Program-made: the position numbers and the translations under genes
Assembly (NCBI GenBank): GCA_964441155.1
Contig: CAYYKL010000001.1
Location: 152,393-216,392 of the forward strand
Length of the DNA: 64,000 nt
From: an uncultured Pseudomonadales bacterium
GTDB lineage: Bacteria; Patescibacteriota; Microgenomatia; UBA1400; RBG-16-45-19
Direction: 5' to 3'
Notes under the pieces: model-generated
What the model was told of the DNA's origin: nothing
The model's input: only the letters and a program-made list of their open reading frames with translations
Database searches by the model: none
Shown here: positions 38,678-48,313 of the stretch, piece by piece
Layout: each line of letters opens with the position of its first letter
Position numbering within the stretch: position 1 is the first letter of the stretch

Positions 38678-39112
38678 TTAGCGCTTGGGTGATTGTTTCT
38701 TGCGGCGGGCTTTGCCACCAGTGCCCACTTTTCTGGACTCTTTCATGCGAGAGTCTCTGGTAAGCAAGCCTTCGGCTTTGAGCAGAGAATGATATTTTTC
38801 TTTGTTGAGGATATCAAGCGCTCGAGCCAGACCGTGAACCACAGCATCTAGCTGGGCTTTTTTGCCTGATCCAACCACTTTGGCTGAAAAACTCATTTTG
38901 TTTTCTGCGCCAACTGTTTTGAAAGGTAATAAATATCGCGCTGTGGACAAAACCCCAGGGAAATATTTGCCAGCTGGAACACCATTGACGAGCAAATCAC
39001 CTTGCTTATTGAACAGGCGAACCCGAGCGGTAGCGACTTTGCGTCTTCCAACAGCAAAGATATATTCCTTTTTGACTTTTGGTTTAACTTTGACTGGTAT
39101 GGGTTGTTCCAT
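38678..39112 (-). CDS. rpsI: 30S ribosomal protein S9
   Basis: GRRK.A.ARV, LLTRDSRMKE, QSPKR C-terminus. Confidence 0.96.
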   Translation of the reverse strand: MEQPIPVKVKPKVKKEYIFAVGRRKVATARVRLFNKQGDLLVNGVPAGKYFPGVLSTARYLLPFKTVGAENKMSFSAKVVGSGKKAQLDAVVHGLARALDILNKEKYHSLLKAEGLLTRDSRMKESRKVGTGGKARRKKQSPKR

Positions 39113-39130
39113 GGCGTTTTTTACCTTTAA

Positions 39131-39556
39131 TTATTTCTTAGCGAGACCTAGTTCATTGGTATATGTGTGCGCTTCGTCGACAAACACTTTGAGGCGTTTC
39201 AGTCGAGGAGCACGCAATTTGTTTTTGGGCAACATGCCTTTAACGGATTCAAGAATTATCTTTTTAGGGTCTTTTTCCAGCTGCTCACCAAGCGTCCATT
39301 CTTTAAAGCCACCCGGGTAACCACTATGAGAGCGATACAATTTGCCCTTAAGCTTGTTGCCGGTCACTTTAAACTTGGCTGCATTCGTGATAACCACGTA
39401 ATCTCCACAATCAAGGTGAGGCACGTATGATTGTTTGTGCTTGCCGATTAACAGCGTGGCAATCTTGGTTGAAACTCGACCGAGTGTTTGATCGGTCAAA
39501 TCAATAAGATGCCAAGCTCTGGTAATATCGTTTGCTGACATGTTGGTAGATTTCAT
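39131..39556 (-). CDS. rplM: 50S ribosomal protein L13
   Basis: WHLID..LGR, GKHK..Y.PH.D.GD, HSGYPGG, GMLPKN. Confidence 0.97.
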   Translation of the reverse strand: MKSTNMSANDITRAWHLIDLTDQTLGRVSTKIATLLIGKHKQSYVPHLDCGDYVVITNAAKFKVTGNKLKGKLYRSHSGYPGGFKEWTLGEQLEKDPKKIILESVKGMLPKNKLRAPRLKRLKVFVDEAHTYTNELGLAKK

Positions 39557-39565
39557 ATAACCCTT

Positions 39566-40129
39566 TTAAACACTTGCTTTCCTGGTGGTTGGTTTTTTGA
39601 TGATCGCAGTATTAGTAGCAGTTGGCTTCATGGCTTTGGTGACCGGGGTTTGGATATTGGCATTCGACTTAACTGGAGCCTTAGTTGTTTTAGCTTTCTT
39701 GCCGACCTTTGCAGCGTCTGCTTTGGTCGCGATCTTAGAGGCTTTATCTTTAGGCTCTGGTTTGGCAATCACCACTTTGTCTACCCATTCAAGCTGCACC
39801 ATTTCAGCTTGATCACCTCGTCTGAAATCACCTTTTATGATTCGAGTAAAACCCGACGTTCGTGATTTGGTCAGGGGTGCAATCTCGTTTACCATTTTTC
39901 CTACCAATGAGCGCTTAGTTAAGAATCGCCCAATCATGCGCTGATTATGCACATCACCCACCTTGGCTTTGGTCATGAGTTTATCAGCCATGGCTTGCAC
40001 CGACTTGGCTTTTGCCATAGTGGTGGTTATCGAACCATATTCAACGAGACTCGCGATAAGGTTTCGAAACAAGGCTTTGCGGTGGTTATGATCGCGGTTT
40101 AATTTGCGACCGTAGACATTGTGACGCAT
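39566..40129 (-). CDS. rplQ: 50S ribosomal protein L17 with a Lys/Ala/Thr-rich C-terminal extension
   Basis: MRH..GRKLNR...HRKAL, GFTRI, RRGD.A. Confidence 0.95.
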   Translation of the reverse strand: MRHNVYGRKLNRDHNHRKALFRNLIASLVEYGSITTTMAKAKSVQAMADKLMTKAKVGDVHNQRMIGRFLTKRSLVGKMVNEIAPLTKSRTSGFTRIIKGDFRRGDQAEMVQLEWVDKVVIAKPEPKDKASKIATKADAAKVGKKAKTTKAPVKSNANIQTPVTKAMKPTATNTAIIKKPTTRKASV

Positions 40130-40133
40130 GTGA

Positions 40134-41063
40134 TTATTCCGATATTAAATCGACTCCTTTTTTCTGCAATGCCTCACGGACGGTGTCGACTGACTTTTCA
40201 CCCAGGTTTTTGACTTTGGCTATTTCTTGATGATTGGCCTGAGTCAATTCTTTGACCGACTTGTAACCACCTTTTCGCAGAGCATTTGCAATGCGAGTGG
40301 GCAATTCCAACTCCTCAACGGTCAATCGGAAGACTTCATCTTCAATTGAAGCACTTAAAACTGGAGCAGCAGCAACCTGAGACACGACTGGTTCATATAC
40401 TTGTTTGAAATGATCAACCAAGATTCGAGCCGCTTTTTCCAAAGCTTCTTGAGGTTTGATGGCACCAGTTGTCCAGATGTCCATTAAAAGGTTATCAAAA
40501 TCAGTTCGGCGTCCAACACGAGTGGCTTCGATTTTGTAAGCAACGCGACTCACCGGAGAAAAAGAAGCATCAACTGGGATTTCACCCAATTTAGGCGCGG
40601 TTTCCTCAGCAGCTAAGCGATAGCCTCGTCCACGAGTGATGGTCATCTCAACGGAAAGCTCGTTCTTTTTTTCTGCCAAAATAGCCAAATGCTGTTCTGG
40701 ATTGGCCAACGTTACTCCTGGTTGCAGGGTAATATCGGCTCCAGTGACGGTTTTAGGACCTTTTGCAGAGAGTGAAACGGTAATCTCATCAGTGCCTTCA
40801 GATTGAATCATGAAGTGCAATTCTTTAATGTTTAAAATCAAATCAACGACATCTTCTTCCATGCCTTCGAGGGTGGTGAATTGGTGATGCACACCATTAA
40901 CCACAACTTTGGTCACTGCAGCTCCTTCAATGGAAGTAAGCAGGACTCGGCGAAGACTGACTCCCAGCGTGTGTCCGTAACCTTTTTCTAAAGGCTCAAT
41001 ACTAAGCCTCGCATAATTGCCCTCATCGATGACGGGCGTGATAGTAAATGTTGGTTGCAGCAT
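40134..41063 (-). CDS. rpoA: DNA-directed RNA polymerase subunit alpha
   Basis: EPLEKGYGHTLG..LRRVLL, DASFSPV, alpha-CTD NLGEKS; start at ATG 41063. Confidence 0.97.
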   Translation of the reverse strand: MLQPTFTITPVIDEGNYARLSIEPLEKGYGHTLGVSLRRVLLTSIEGAAVTKVVVNGVHHQFTTLEGMEEDVVDLILNIKELHFMIQSEGTDEITVSLSAKGPKTVTGADITLQPGVTLANPEQHLAILAEKKNELSVEMTITRGRGYRLAAEETAPKLGEIPVDASFSPVSRVAYKIEATRVGRRTDFDNLLMDIWTTGAIKPQEALEKAARILVDHFKQVYEPVVSQVAAAPVLSASIEDEVFRLTVEELELPTRIANALRKGGYKSVKELTQANHQEIAKVKNLGEKSVDTVREALQKKGVDLISE

Positions 41064-41157
41064 GGTTGCTCCTTTCTTTTCTTTAGGTAAGTTGTGTCCC
41101 GTTGCTTTCTTTCCATGCATACGTAGAAAGCAACCTCTGTTTCAACTACCGTAAATA

Positions 41158-41763
41158 TTACCTTGAGTAGTACTCCACGATTAAATTTTCATCAATCTGG
41201 GCATCAACATGTTCTCGATCAGGCAATGATGAAATCTTGCCCACATTTGCCTTGCGCTCGAGCCAGCTGGGGACATTTGATTTTTGCTCAAGCATGGAGG
41301 CAATCGCTGGGATTTTTATAGCTTTGGCGCTCAGCGCAATGATGTCTCCTACACTGACTTCGTACGACGGAATATCAACTTTTTTGTTATTAACGGTCAC
41401 ATGACCATGAGACACTAATTGCCTTGCAGCTGCGCGGGTTGGTGCCATGCCTAAACGATACAAAGTGTTATCCAGGCGTAATTCAAGAAGTCGCAAGAAT
41501 TCAACACCAGTTGCCGCCGGATTACGCTGGGCCTTTTCCATGTAACTCCTGAATTGTTTTTCAAGAATGCCATAAATGTAGCGGGTTTTTTGCTTTTCTA
41601 ACAGTTGGATACCAAAGTTAGATTTCTTGCGCGTGCCTTTTCGGCCGTGTTGACCAGGGGGAATATTAAGGCGGCGCTGCAGCTTAGTTGCATTAGTTTT
41701 CAAACCCAAGTCAACTGCAAAGCGACGAGCAATTTTGTTTTTTGGTCCGGTTTCTCTTGCCAT
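41158..41763 (-). CDS. rpsD: 30S ribosomal protein S4
   Basis: PGQHG, LLELRLDN, ARQLVSHGH, IVEYYSR. Confidence 0.97.
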   Translation of the reverse strand: MARETGPKNKIARRFAVDLGLKTNATKLQRRLNIPPGQHGRKGTRKKSNFGIQLLEKQKTRYIYGILEKQFRSYMEKAQRNPAATGVEFLRLLELRLDNTLYRLGMAPTRAAARQLVSHGHVTVNNKKVDIPSYEVSVGDIIALSAKAIKIPAIASMLEQKSNVPSWLERKANVGKISSLPDREHVDAQIDENLIVEYYSR

Positions 41764-41796
41764 GGTACTACCCTTTAGTTATTAGATTTCGCGAGT

Positions 41797-42192
41797 TTAG
41801 CGATTATGTTTTTTCTTCCTGGGGCGAGTGCCATTGTGAGCCAAGGGGGTCACGTCGGCGATCATAGTGATGCGATATGGTGTGCCTCGAAGCACACGCA
41901 AGGCCGCATCTCGACCAGGTCCAGGACCTTTAATATAGATTTTAATTTCATGTAAGCCATAGGCATTAGCTTTTTCAAGCACGTCTTCTATGGTTTTGGT
42001 GGCTGCATAAGGGGTGGATTTTCGTGAGCCAGTAAAGCCAACTTTACCAGTCGAACTCCAGGCAATCACATTGCCAGCGGTATCGGTAACCGCAGCCAAC
42101 GTGTTGTTAAATGTGGCAGTGATATACAGGTTCCCTTTAGGCACACTGCGTAAAGGCTGTTTTGATTTGGTGGTGGTTTTAGTGACTGCCAT
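41797..42192 (-). CDS. rpsK: 30S ribosomal protein S11
   Basis: TFNNT, GSRKSTPYAA, GPGPGR, DVTP..HNG. Confidence 0.97.
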   Translation of the reverse strand: MAVTKTTTKSKQPLRSVPKGNLYITATFNNTLAAVTDTAGNVIAWSSTGKVGFTGSRKSTPYAATKTIEDVLEKANAYGLHEIKIYIKGPGPGRDAALRVLRGTPYRITMIADVTPLAHNGTRPRKKKHNR

Positions 42193-42195
42193 ATA

Positions 42196-42591
42196 TTATT
42201 TTTTTGCTTCCTGTTTAGCTGCTTCTTCTTTTTTCATTGCCCCAACGGTCATTCGTTTGCCGCGCCTGGTTCGGGCATTGACGCGCGTGCGCTGCCCGCG
42301 TGCGGGTAAACCAGCAATATGCCTTGAGCCTCGATACGAACCAATGCGCTTGAGTCGCTCCACGTTTTCTCGCAAGAGCGAGCGCAAATTTCCCTCGACT
42401 TGCAATTGCTCGAGAGCTTTTTGCAGTGAGGCAATTTCGGTACGGCTTAATTCTTTAGCCCGTTTGTCAGGGTTAATGTTTGATTCTTTAAGCAGGTTTT
42501 TGGCTCGATGAGGTCCGACACCATAGATATAGGTAAGCGAAACCTCAATGCGTTTGTTTTCTGGTATATCGATTCCAACTAACCTTGGCAT
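42196..42591 (-). CDS. rpsM: 30S ribosomal protein S13
   Basis: LTYIYGVG, YRG.RH..GLP.RGQRT..NARTR. Confidence 0.97.
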   Translation of the reverse strand: MPRLVGIDIPENKRIEVSLTYIYGVGPHRAKNLLKESNINPDKRAKELSRTEIASLQKALEQLQVEGNLRSLLRENVERLKRIGSYRGSRHIAGLPARGQRTRVNARTRRGKRMTVGAMKKEEAAKQEAKK

Positions 42592-42616
42592 ACGTTCCTT
42601 AATTTCTTTTTAGTAG

Positions 42617-42730
42617 TTACCCTTGCCTCTGTTTGTGACGAGGGTTCTCGCAAATAACAAAAATCACGCCATGTCGACGGATTATCTTACAGGTTTTGCA
42701 GCGGCGTTTAATACTCGCTTTAACTTTCAT
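42617..42730 (-). CDS. rpmJ: 50S ribosomal protein L36 (absent from the ORF track)
   Basis: Translates [37 protein letters not shown]; lies between infA and rpsM. Confidence 0.97.
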   Translation of the reverse strand: MKVKASIKRRCKTCKIIRRHGVIFVICENPRHKQRQG

Positions 42731-42808
42731 ATCGATTCTTTTTCAATTGTTAGCAAATCCAGGTGCTTTGTTGTCGCCCCTAGTTTCGCGGATTTTAATG
42801 CAAAGTGA

Positions 42809-43048
42809 CTACTTGGTTCGGAAAGTGATCCGTCCTCGTTTACCATCATAGGGTGTCATTTCGACCTTTACTCGGTCTCCTGGCATCACCCGAATGCGAT
42901 ACAGTCTCATTTTGCCACTTAAGGTACATAGGATTTCTCGACCGGCAAAATCCTCCGGACTAGAATCATCCAATTTCACGCGGAACATCGTATTGGGCAG
43001 TGCCTCAATGATATCTCCCTCATAAACATCAACTTGCGGTTTAGCCAT
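42809..43048 (-). CDS. infA: Translation initiation factor IF-1
   Basis: EALPNTMFRV, SGKMR...IR...GD.V.VE..PYD..RGRI. Confidence 0.96.
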   Translation of the reverse strand: MAKPQVDVYEGDIIEALPNTMFRVKLDDSSPEDFAGREILCTLSGKMRLYRIRVMPGDRVKVEMTPYDGKRGRITFRTK

Positions 43049-43123
43049 AGGTTTAATGGTTTAATCGCTTTCTTTCAGAGGAATGTATCATGTATGTTTC
43101 ACGCTTATATAAAGACAAAGGGT

Positions 43124-43152
43124 ATTCTACCAGAGTCTCCCATGGGTAACAA
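43124..43152 (-). promoter_or_regulatory. Sigma70 promoter of the infA-rpmJ-alpha operon
   Basis: TTGTTA-N17-TAGAAT with extended TG. Confidence 0.65.
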
Positions 43153-43162
43153 GGTTTTGTTT

Positions 43163-43951
43163 TTAATGCCATTCTGTCGGACCAACTGAGCTGTAGACCC
43201 CTCGCATTGACTCAGGCAAAATTGCTGCTAAATGAAGCATCATGGAATCAGCAATTAGTTGTGCTCTTTTCTTGCGATCATCTGGTAATTGACGCTCATC
43301 AAGACCAAGATCTGAAAATCTAAATGGTTCACCAACTCTGATTTCGTTTTGCTCAGTTCCCAAATGTACATTCTTATAGATAATGCCAACAGGCACATAT
43401 AGCAGACGCCCTTCTGGGTCATAGCCAGGCAAATAACCTAACCCTCGCTTAGATGACTGCAGCGTGCCACCATGACTCCTAGTGCCTTCAGGGGCGATTC
43501 CATAAATACCTCCGGGTGACACTATTGCCGCACTAGCCTTGGCTTTCAATCGATCCAGCATGTCTTGCCTTTCTCGTTCTGAGTAATTTTGACTATCGCC
43601 ATCTTGAACCACGGGCACAGGTCGAATTCCTATAGGGGGAAGCATTCGAAATACAGCAGCAGAAAAGGGATCTCGTTTAAAATCAAAATGCTTCATTCCT
43701 GCAGGACCCATCATATCGCCCGCATTTGGTAGGTGAGATAACAAGAAAGAGATGGCAATCGGTGTGTCAGCAATTCTTTGATGATTAACAAATACCCCCA
43801 CAGCTGCATCTCTCAAATGAGTGTTTGCCTGTGAAATATTTTCCGAACTATCAATTGAAACTTCAAATCCGAGTGAGCTCTCAAAAGCGCCCCAAAACTT
43901 TAATCCTGCTTGATACCTTATTGGATGTCTGGCTATTGTTCTTTCGCTCAT
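43163..43951 (-). CDS. PlsC-family lysophospholipid/glycerol-3-phosphate acyltransferase
   Basis: HX4D (NHQRIAD), APEGTRS, VPVGI, GEPF motifs. Confidence 0.8.
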   Translation of the reverse strand: MSERTIARHPIRYQAGLKFWGAFESSLGFEVSIDSSENISQANTHLRDAAVGVFVNHQRIADTPIAISFLLSHLPNAGDMMGPAGMKHFDFKRDPFSAAVFRMLPPIGIRPVPVVQDGDSQNYSERERQDMLDRLKAKASAAIVSPGGIYGIAPEGTRSHGGTLQSSKRGLGYLPGYDPEGRLLYVPVGIIYKNVHLGTEQNEIRVGEPFRFSDLGLDERQLPDDRKKRAQLIADSMMLHLAAILPESMRGVYSSVGPTEWH

Positions 43952-44001
43952 TCTTGCATTCTAACATCAACTTTCAAAGGCAAATTATTTCGGAGCGCGT
44001 A

Positions 44002-44034
44002 CTTAGGATCCTCTTAGGACTCCGCTGCTATGAT
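44002..44034 (+). promoter_or_regulatory. CTTAGG-N5-CTTAGG direct repeat 10 nt upstream of an extended -10 (TGcTATGAT)
   Basis: CTTAGGA at 44002 and 44013 (11-nt period); TATGAT at 44029-44034. Confidence 0.5.
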
Positions 44035-44059
44035 AGCTTCTCATTTTATGGACTTCAAA

Positions 44060-44830
44060 ATGACTACCTCAAAAAAACGAGCTGGATTCACTCTATTCCT
44101 TTTTGTGGCAATCATTGTTGGGTTTAATGCTTGGAAACATAATCAATCGCAGCCAATTACTGGTGCACCACCGTACAATATCGAGCCCGAGTCGAATGAA
44201 GGCAATGATGCTTGGTCATTGTTTGAATCCTGGAAGCGCCCTGATGGTCCGGCGCGCGTAGGGTTGCAAGTCGGGCATTGGAAAAACGAAGAGGTGCCTA
44301 AGGAACTGGAGCGATTACTCGGCAATACAGGTGCAACGGGCGGTGGCAAGGCAGAATGGGAAGTGAATTATGTTATTGCTACTCACGCAGCTCAATTACT
44401 TAAAGCAAAGGGGGTTATCGTAGACATTTTACCAACCACCGTGCCAAAAGAGTATTGGGCCGATGTATTTTTGGCAATTCATGCCGATGGCAATGAAGAT
44501 AGCTCGTTAACCGGGTATAAATTTGCACATTCTTGGCGGGATTATACGGGCAAAGCGGCCACGCTTATACAACACCTCGAAAACGCCTATGGAAACACCA
44601 TCGACTTGCCAAAAGACACAACCATAAGCCGCAATATGCGAGGATATTATGCCTTTGCCTGGTGGCGATTTGACCACGCTATTCACCCCATGACAGTGGC
44701 GGCCATTGCAGAGACAGGTTTTCTGACCAACAAAAGAGATCAAAAGCTGCTTATCGACTCTCCTGAAATTCCAGCACGAGCATTGGCTGAAGGAATCACA
44801 GACTACCTCAAACAACAATCCTTGCTATAA
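44060..44830 (+). CDS. N-acetylmuramoyl-L-alanine amidase (Amidase_3)
   Basis: N-terminal TM; Zn ligands VGLQVGH...E...AIHAD and catalytic AETGFL; start 44048 or 44060 (the track's 44030 overlaps the -10). Confidence 0.85.
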   Translation: MTTSKKRAGFTLFLFVAIIVGFNAWKHNQSQPITGAPPYNIEPESNEGNDAWSLFESWKRPDGPARVGLQVGHWKNEEVPKELERLLGNTGATGGGKAEWEVNYVIATHAAQLLKAKGVIVDILPTTVPKEYWADVFLAIHADGNEDSSLTGYKFAHSWRDYTGKAATLIQHLENAYGNTIDLPKDTTISRNMRGYYAFAWWRFDHAIHPMTVAAIAETGFLTNKRDQKLLIDSPEIPARALAEGITDYLKQQSLL

Positions 44831-44998
44831 AAAAGAGAGCTCTTCTGCCTCAAGCGGCAATGAGGTTGGTTATATATAAAGAAATGAGCAATAGATTGAT
44901 TTCCGAGAAACCGCTTGATGTGAACACAGAAACTCGTAATAAATAGTAAAGTGCGCAGGAACTAGCCTAACACTTAATCAATCAACGGAAAGTAAATT

Positions 44999-45151
44999 CT
45001 AGAGAGAATCGTGTCGACTTTTGGCATCAGATCTGTTTTCAGTGGAGTATTGTGATGCAATTACTGAGAGAAAAAGTCCAAACACAAGCAAAATTACAAC
45101 GACGACTACTGACAATGGAATCTGAGAGATTGATTTTTTGGTTTTGGGCAT
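44999..45151 (-). CDS. Small single-TM protein, 50 aa (MPKTKKSISQIPLSVVVVVILLVFGLFLSVIASQYSTENRSDAKSRHDSL)
   Basis: Basic N-terminus and clean TM helix; TTGACA and TACAAT/TATAAA promoter elements at 45178-45207. Confidence 0.55.
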   Translation of the reverse strand: MPKTKKSISQIPLSVVVVVILLVFGLFLSVIASQYSTENRSDAKSRHDSL

Positions 45152-45310
45152 AAATAGCTATTTTGGCTAATTAATTCTTTTATATTGTACCTGCATCCCA
45201 ATGTCAAGTCAGCGGTTGGGCAATATTTTGGCAAGCAAACTCTCAAATATTCCTATCCCAAAGATCACGCGCATGACTGCGTCAATGAAGTGCATAGTTT
45301 TCAAGAATTT

Positions 45311-45574
45311 CTAGCCGAGCTCACTTGAAAGTAATAAATCTACGAAGTCTGGTGGTTTATCGAGACAAGTAAAATCAGCACACTCTTTTGGCCGCCAATT
45401 TGCATCGTGAGCTGCACATGATAAATCTGTTCGCAATTGACTACATCTTTCTCCAGCAGGCTTGAATACACTTCCATCCTCGTTTCTTACTTCAAGAGCA
45501 ATACAGCAGGCACCACAGTTGGGTGAACATACTGCTCGCTCTCCCATAATATTCAGGGACAAAACTTCGTTCAT
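45311..45574 (-). CDS. YkgJ/CxxCxxCC-family cysteine-cluster protein
   Basis: C.PNCGACC...KPAGERC..L...C..H...RP.EC..F.C. Confidence 0.85.
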   Translation of the reverse strand: MNEVLSLNIMGERAVCSPNCGACCIALEVRNEDGSVFKPAGERCSQLRTDLSCAAHDANWRPKECADFTCLDKPPDFVDLLLSSELG

Positions 45575-45577
45575 TTT

Positions 45578-46315
45578 TTACTGGGTTATAATTTCTGGCC
45601 CATTTTCGGTCACGATCACATCTTCTTCAAACATGCCCGATAATTTGCCATCCGCAGTGCGCAGCGTCCAACCATCAGGATCTTTTTGGAGTTGCCAATC
45701 GCCCGCCATATACATAGCCTCAACGGCTAAAACCATTCCAGATTGCAATTTAACCGAAAGATCTGGGTCTAAAGAATCGTAGAGCGGAATTTGGGGTTCT
45801 TCGTGCATGGTTGAGCCAAGTCCATGCCCACACAAATCGCGAGTTACACTATATCCTGTGCGCTCCAGGTGCTTTTGCAGGGCTTTAGTGATGTCTCTCA
45901 CCGAATTGCCCGGAATTGCCTGCTTGATGGCTTTGCTGAGTGCTTTTTGACCTGCATGCAGGAATTGTTCTTTCGAATTATCTTCACCAATAAGAATGGT
46001 AGTTGCCACATCGGTGGTGGTGCCGTGATAAAACATGCCGGTATCAATAGTTACAATATCACCAAGCTTTGGTTTTCCCTGAGGAATGCAGTGCACAAAA
46101 CCATCATTGATGCAAATGCAGGTTGCGTGATGATAGCCTTTGACACGCATGAAGGCTGGCTCGCCCCCCGCCTTTTTCATGAGCGCTTGAGCTTGTGCAT
46201 CAATTGCCAGGCAGTCGGCTCCATTGTGAGCCATATCAATTAAATTCAACCGTATATCACGGATGAGTTTGCCGTTCTCACGGAAAATTTCAAGTGTCGC
46301 ACTATCATGAATCAT
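45578..46315 (-). CDS. map: Methionine aminopeptidase (type I)
   Basis: C.CIND..VH.IP, GDIVTID, D.A.T, CGHGLG..MHEEP, metal ligands. Confidence 0.93.
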   Translation of the reverse strand: MIHDSATLEIFRENGKLIRDIRLNLIDMAHNGADCLAIDAQAQALMKKAGGEPAFMRVKGYHHATCICINDGFVHCIPQGKPKLGDIVTIDTGMFYHGTTTDVATTILIGEDNSKEQFLHAGQKALSKAIKQAIPGNSVRDITKALQKHLERTGYSVTRDLCGHGLGSTMHEEPQIPLYDSLDPDLSVKLQSGMVLAVEAMYMAGDWQLQKDPDGWTLRTADGKLSGMFEEDVIVTENGPEIITQ

Positions 46316-46334
46316 GGTTTTAACTGCTGCCGAA

Positions 46335-46886
46335 CTATAGTTTGAGATCGTTCACCCGTTGCATGATCTCATTATGAATTTCTTCAATTGACTGCTCGCC
46401 ATTTACTTCGAGTAATTTCCCCTCGCTTTTGTAATATTCAACCACCGGCATGGTTTGCTCATGGAAGAGTTTGATTCGGCGCCTAATCGCCTGTAGATTG
46501 TTGTCTTCGCGAATCTCATCATCCATGCGGCCATACAAACGCCACACTGCTTCTTTTTCCGAGACATTGAGATAGATCACGCCATCGACACCATTCTTAA
46601 ATAACTTAGCTTGCGTCACTGTTCGCGGAAATCCATCCAAAATATAACCTTTGGCATACGCTTCTTTGGCTAGATATTCGTTCACCACTTCGATGGTTTT
46701 ATCATCAGGCATGAGTGAGCCTGAATTAACCACTTCTTTGACGTATCTGCCCCAAGGGGTTTTTTCCCGAGACATTTGCCTAAAAATGTGACCACTAGAA
46801 AGATAGGGAATATTTAATTTCGCCGACATCATGTTGCCTTGCGTCGATTTACCAGCACCTTGAATTCCAATGAGAATAAATTTCAT
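46335..46886 (-). CDS. adk: Adenylate kinase (short, no LID zinc domain)
   Basis: G.QGAGKST, LDGFPRT, REDN; located after secY. Confidence 0.92.
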   Translation of the reverse strand: MKFILIGIQGAGKSTQGNMMSAKLNIPYLSSGHIFRQMSREKTPWGRYVKEVVNSGSLMPDDKTIEVVNEYLAKEAYAKGYILDGFPRTVTQAKLFKNGVDGVIYLNVSEKEAVWRLYGRMDDEIREDNNLQAIRRRIKLFHEQTMPVVEYYKSEGKLLEVNGEQSIEEIHNEIMQRVNDLKL

Positions 46887-46972
46887 AAGCACTTTAAGCA
46901 TGAGTTCAATCTAAAAACCCATGAATCCTTTGTATGCTAATTGACGACAGTTCTATTAATGCAACACATCAA

Positions 46973-46998
46973 TGGTGTAGCGAAAGTTCGTTACACCA
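46973..46998. terminator. Stem-loop between secY and adk
   Basis: TGGTGTAGCGAA-AG-TTCGTTACACCA inverted repeat. Confidence 0.45.
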
Positions 46999-47011
46999 GT
47001 GATAAATAGCA

Positions 47012-48313
47012 TCAACTTAAGAACTTGTCATAATTATGCATTACTAGTTTCGATTGAATTTGCTGAGTTGTTTCAAGGATTACCGAAACCACAATTAAAA
47101 TTCCCGTGCCACCGATTGAAAGTGATTGCAAATTAGTCATGCCTTGCACAATGGAAGGAAGAATGGCAATAATACCCAAAAACAGCGCTCCCACCAAGGT
47201 GATGCGCATCGTAATAAAGCCCAAGTGGGTGGCAGTGGCTTTGCCGGGTCGAATGCCGGGAATAAAACCACCGTTTTTCTTCAGCTCGTCAGCGATTTTT
47301 TGAGGATCAAAGACAATGGCGGTGTAAAAGTAGGTAAAACCGAATACCAAAATGAAGTAGGTGAGATTATAAACCACACTCTGGGGATTAAACGCGGCTG
47401 TCATTGAAGCTCCGACTTGAATGAGTTGTGGGTTGCTGCTGGCCGTCATAAATCTGCCCACAAGTGAAGGCAAAAGAACTAAGGACACAGCAAAGATAAT
47501 CGGAATGACACCGGCCTGATTAAGCTTCAGTGGCAAAAAGGTCGTTTGACCACCATAGAGTTTTGAGCCACGAATCCGTTTGGCGTAGTGAATCGGCACT
47601 TTGCGAATCGCTTGATTCATGTAGACCACACTGGCAATAACCACAATACTCAGGGCGGCGAATATAGCCAAAGATGCGTAGTTTGCGGCTTGGGTCACAA
47701 ATGCAGTCTGTGCCAAAGAAGTAGGTAATTGCGCCACGATTCCAGCCAAGATAAGCATTGAAATGCCATTGCCAATACCGTATTGAGTGATAAGTTCTCC
47801 GAGCCAAAGTAATAGCATAGAGCCGGCAATCATGGTGGCTACGACGGCAATGGTCTCGACAATGCCACCCGTTACCATGAGATTTTGGCTGCGAAGGAGT
47901 GCCACTACGCCAAAACTTTGAACCACGGCCAGAGGCACGGTTAACCAACGCGTATATTGATTGATTTTTTCTCGACCTGATTCGCCTTCTTTGCTCAACT
48001 CTTCGAGTTTAGGAAATACCATGGTGAGCAATTGCAAGATGATCGATGCATTGATGTACGGTGCCACACCCAAGGCCATGATCGAAAAACTAGCTAACGT
48101 TCCACCTGAAAAAATATTTAGCATGCCTAAAAATTGGTTCGAGGCAAAAAGTTGCCGCAATTGTTCGGTGTTGACTCCAGAAACGGGAATATGAGCGAGC
48201 AAGCGATAGATTGCAAAAATGCCTGCCGTGAAACCAATTTTCTTTTTTAGTTCCGGCACAGAACCGATTTGTTTGATGACGTTAATCAGTTTTTCCACGG
48301 TCGATTGTTCCAC
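47012..48313 (-). CDS. secY: Preprotein translocase subunit SecY
   Basis: [39 protein letters not shown]; start may be GTG 48298. Confidence 0.97.
   Translation of the reverse strand: MEQSTVEKLINVIKQIGSVPELKKKIGFTAGIFAIYRLLAHIPVSGVNTEQLRQLFASNQFLGMLNIFSGGTLASFSIMALGVAPYINASIILQLLTMVFPKLEELSKEGESGREKINQYTRWLTVPLAVVQSFGVVALLRSQNLMVTGGIVETIAVVATMIAGSMLLLWLGELITQYGIGNGISMLILAGIVAQLPTSLAQTAFVTQAANYASLAIFAALSIVVIASVVYMNQAIRKVPIHYAKRIRGSKLYGGQTTFLPLKLNQAGVIPIIFAVSLVLLPSLVGRFMTASSNPQLIQVGASMTAAFNPQSVVYNLTYFILVFGFTYFYTAIVFDPQKIADELKKNGGFIPGIRPGKATATHLGFITMRITLVGALFLGIIAILPSIVQGMTNLQSLSIGGTGILIVVSVILETTQQIQSKLVMHNYDKFLS

Noticed and set aside
44840-44990. Scattered complementary segments (TCAAGCGG/CCGCTTGA, GATTGATT/AATCAATC) between convergent genes
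   Set aside because: Short and widely spaced; no promoter or recognisable RNA family
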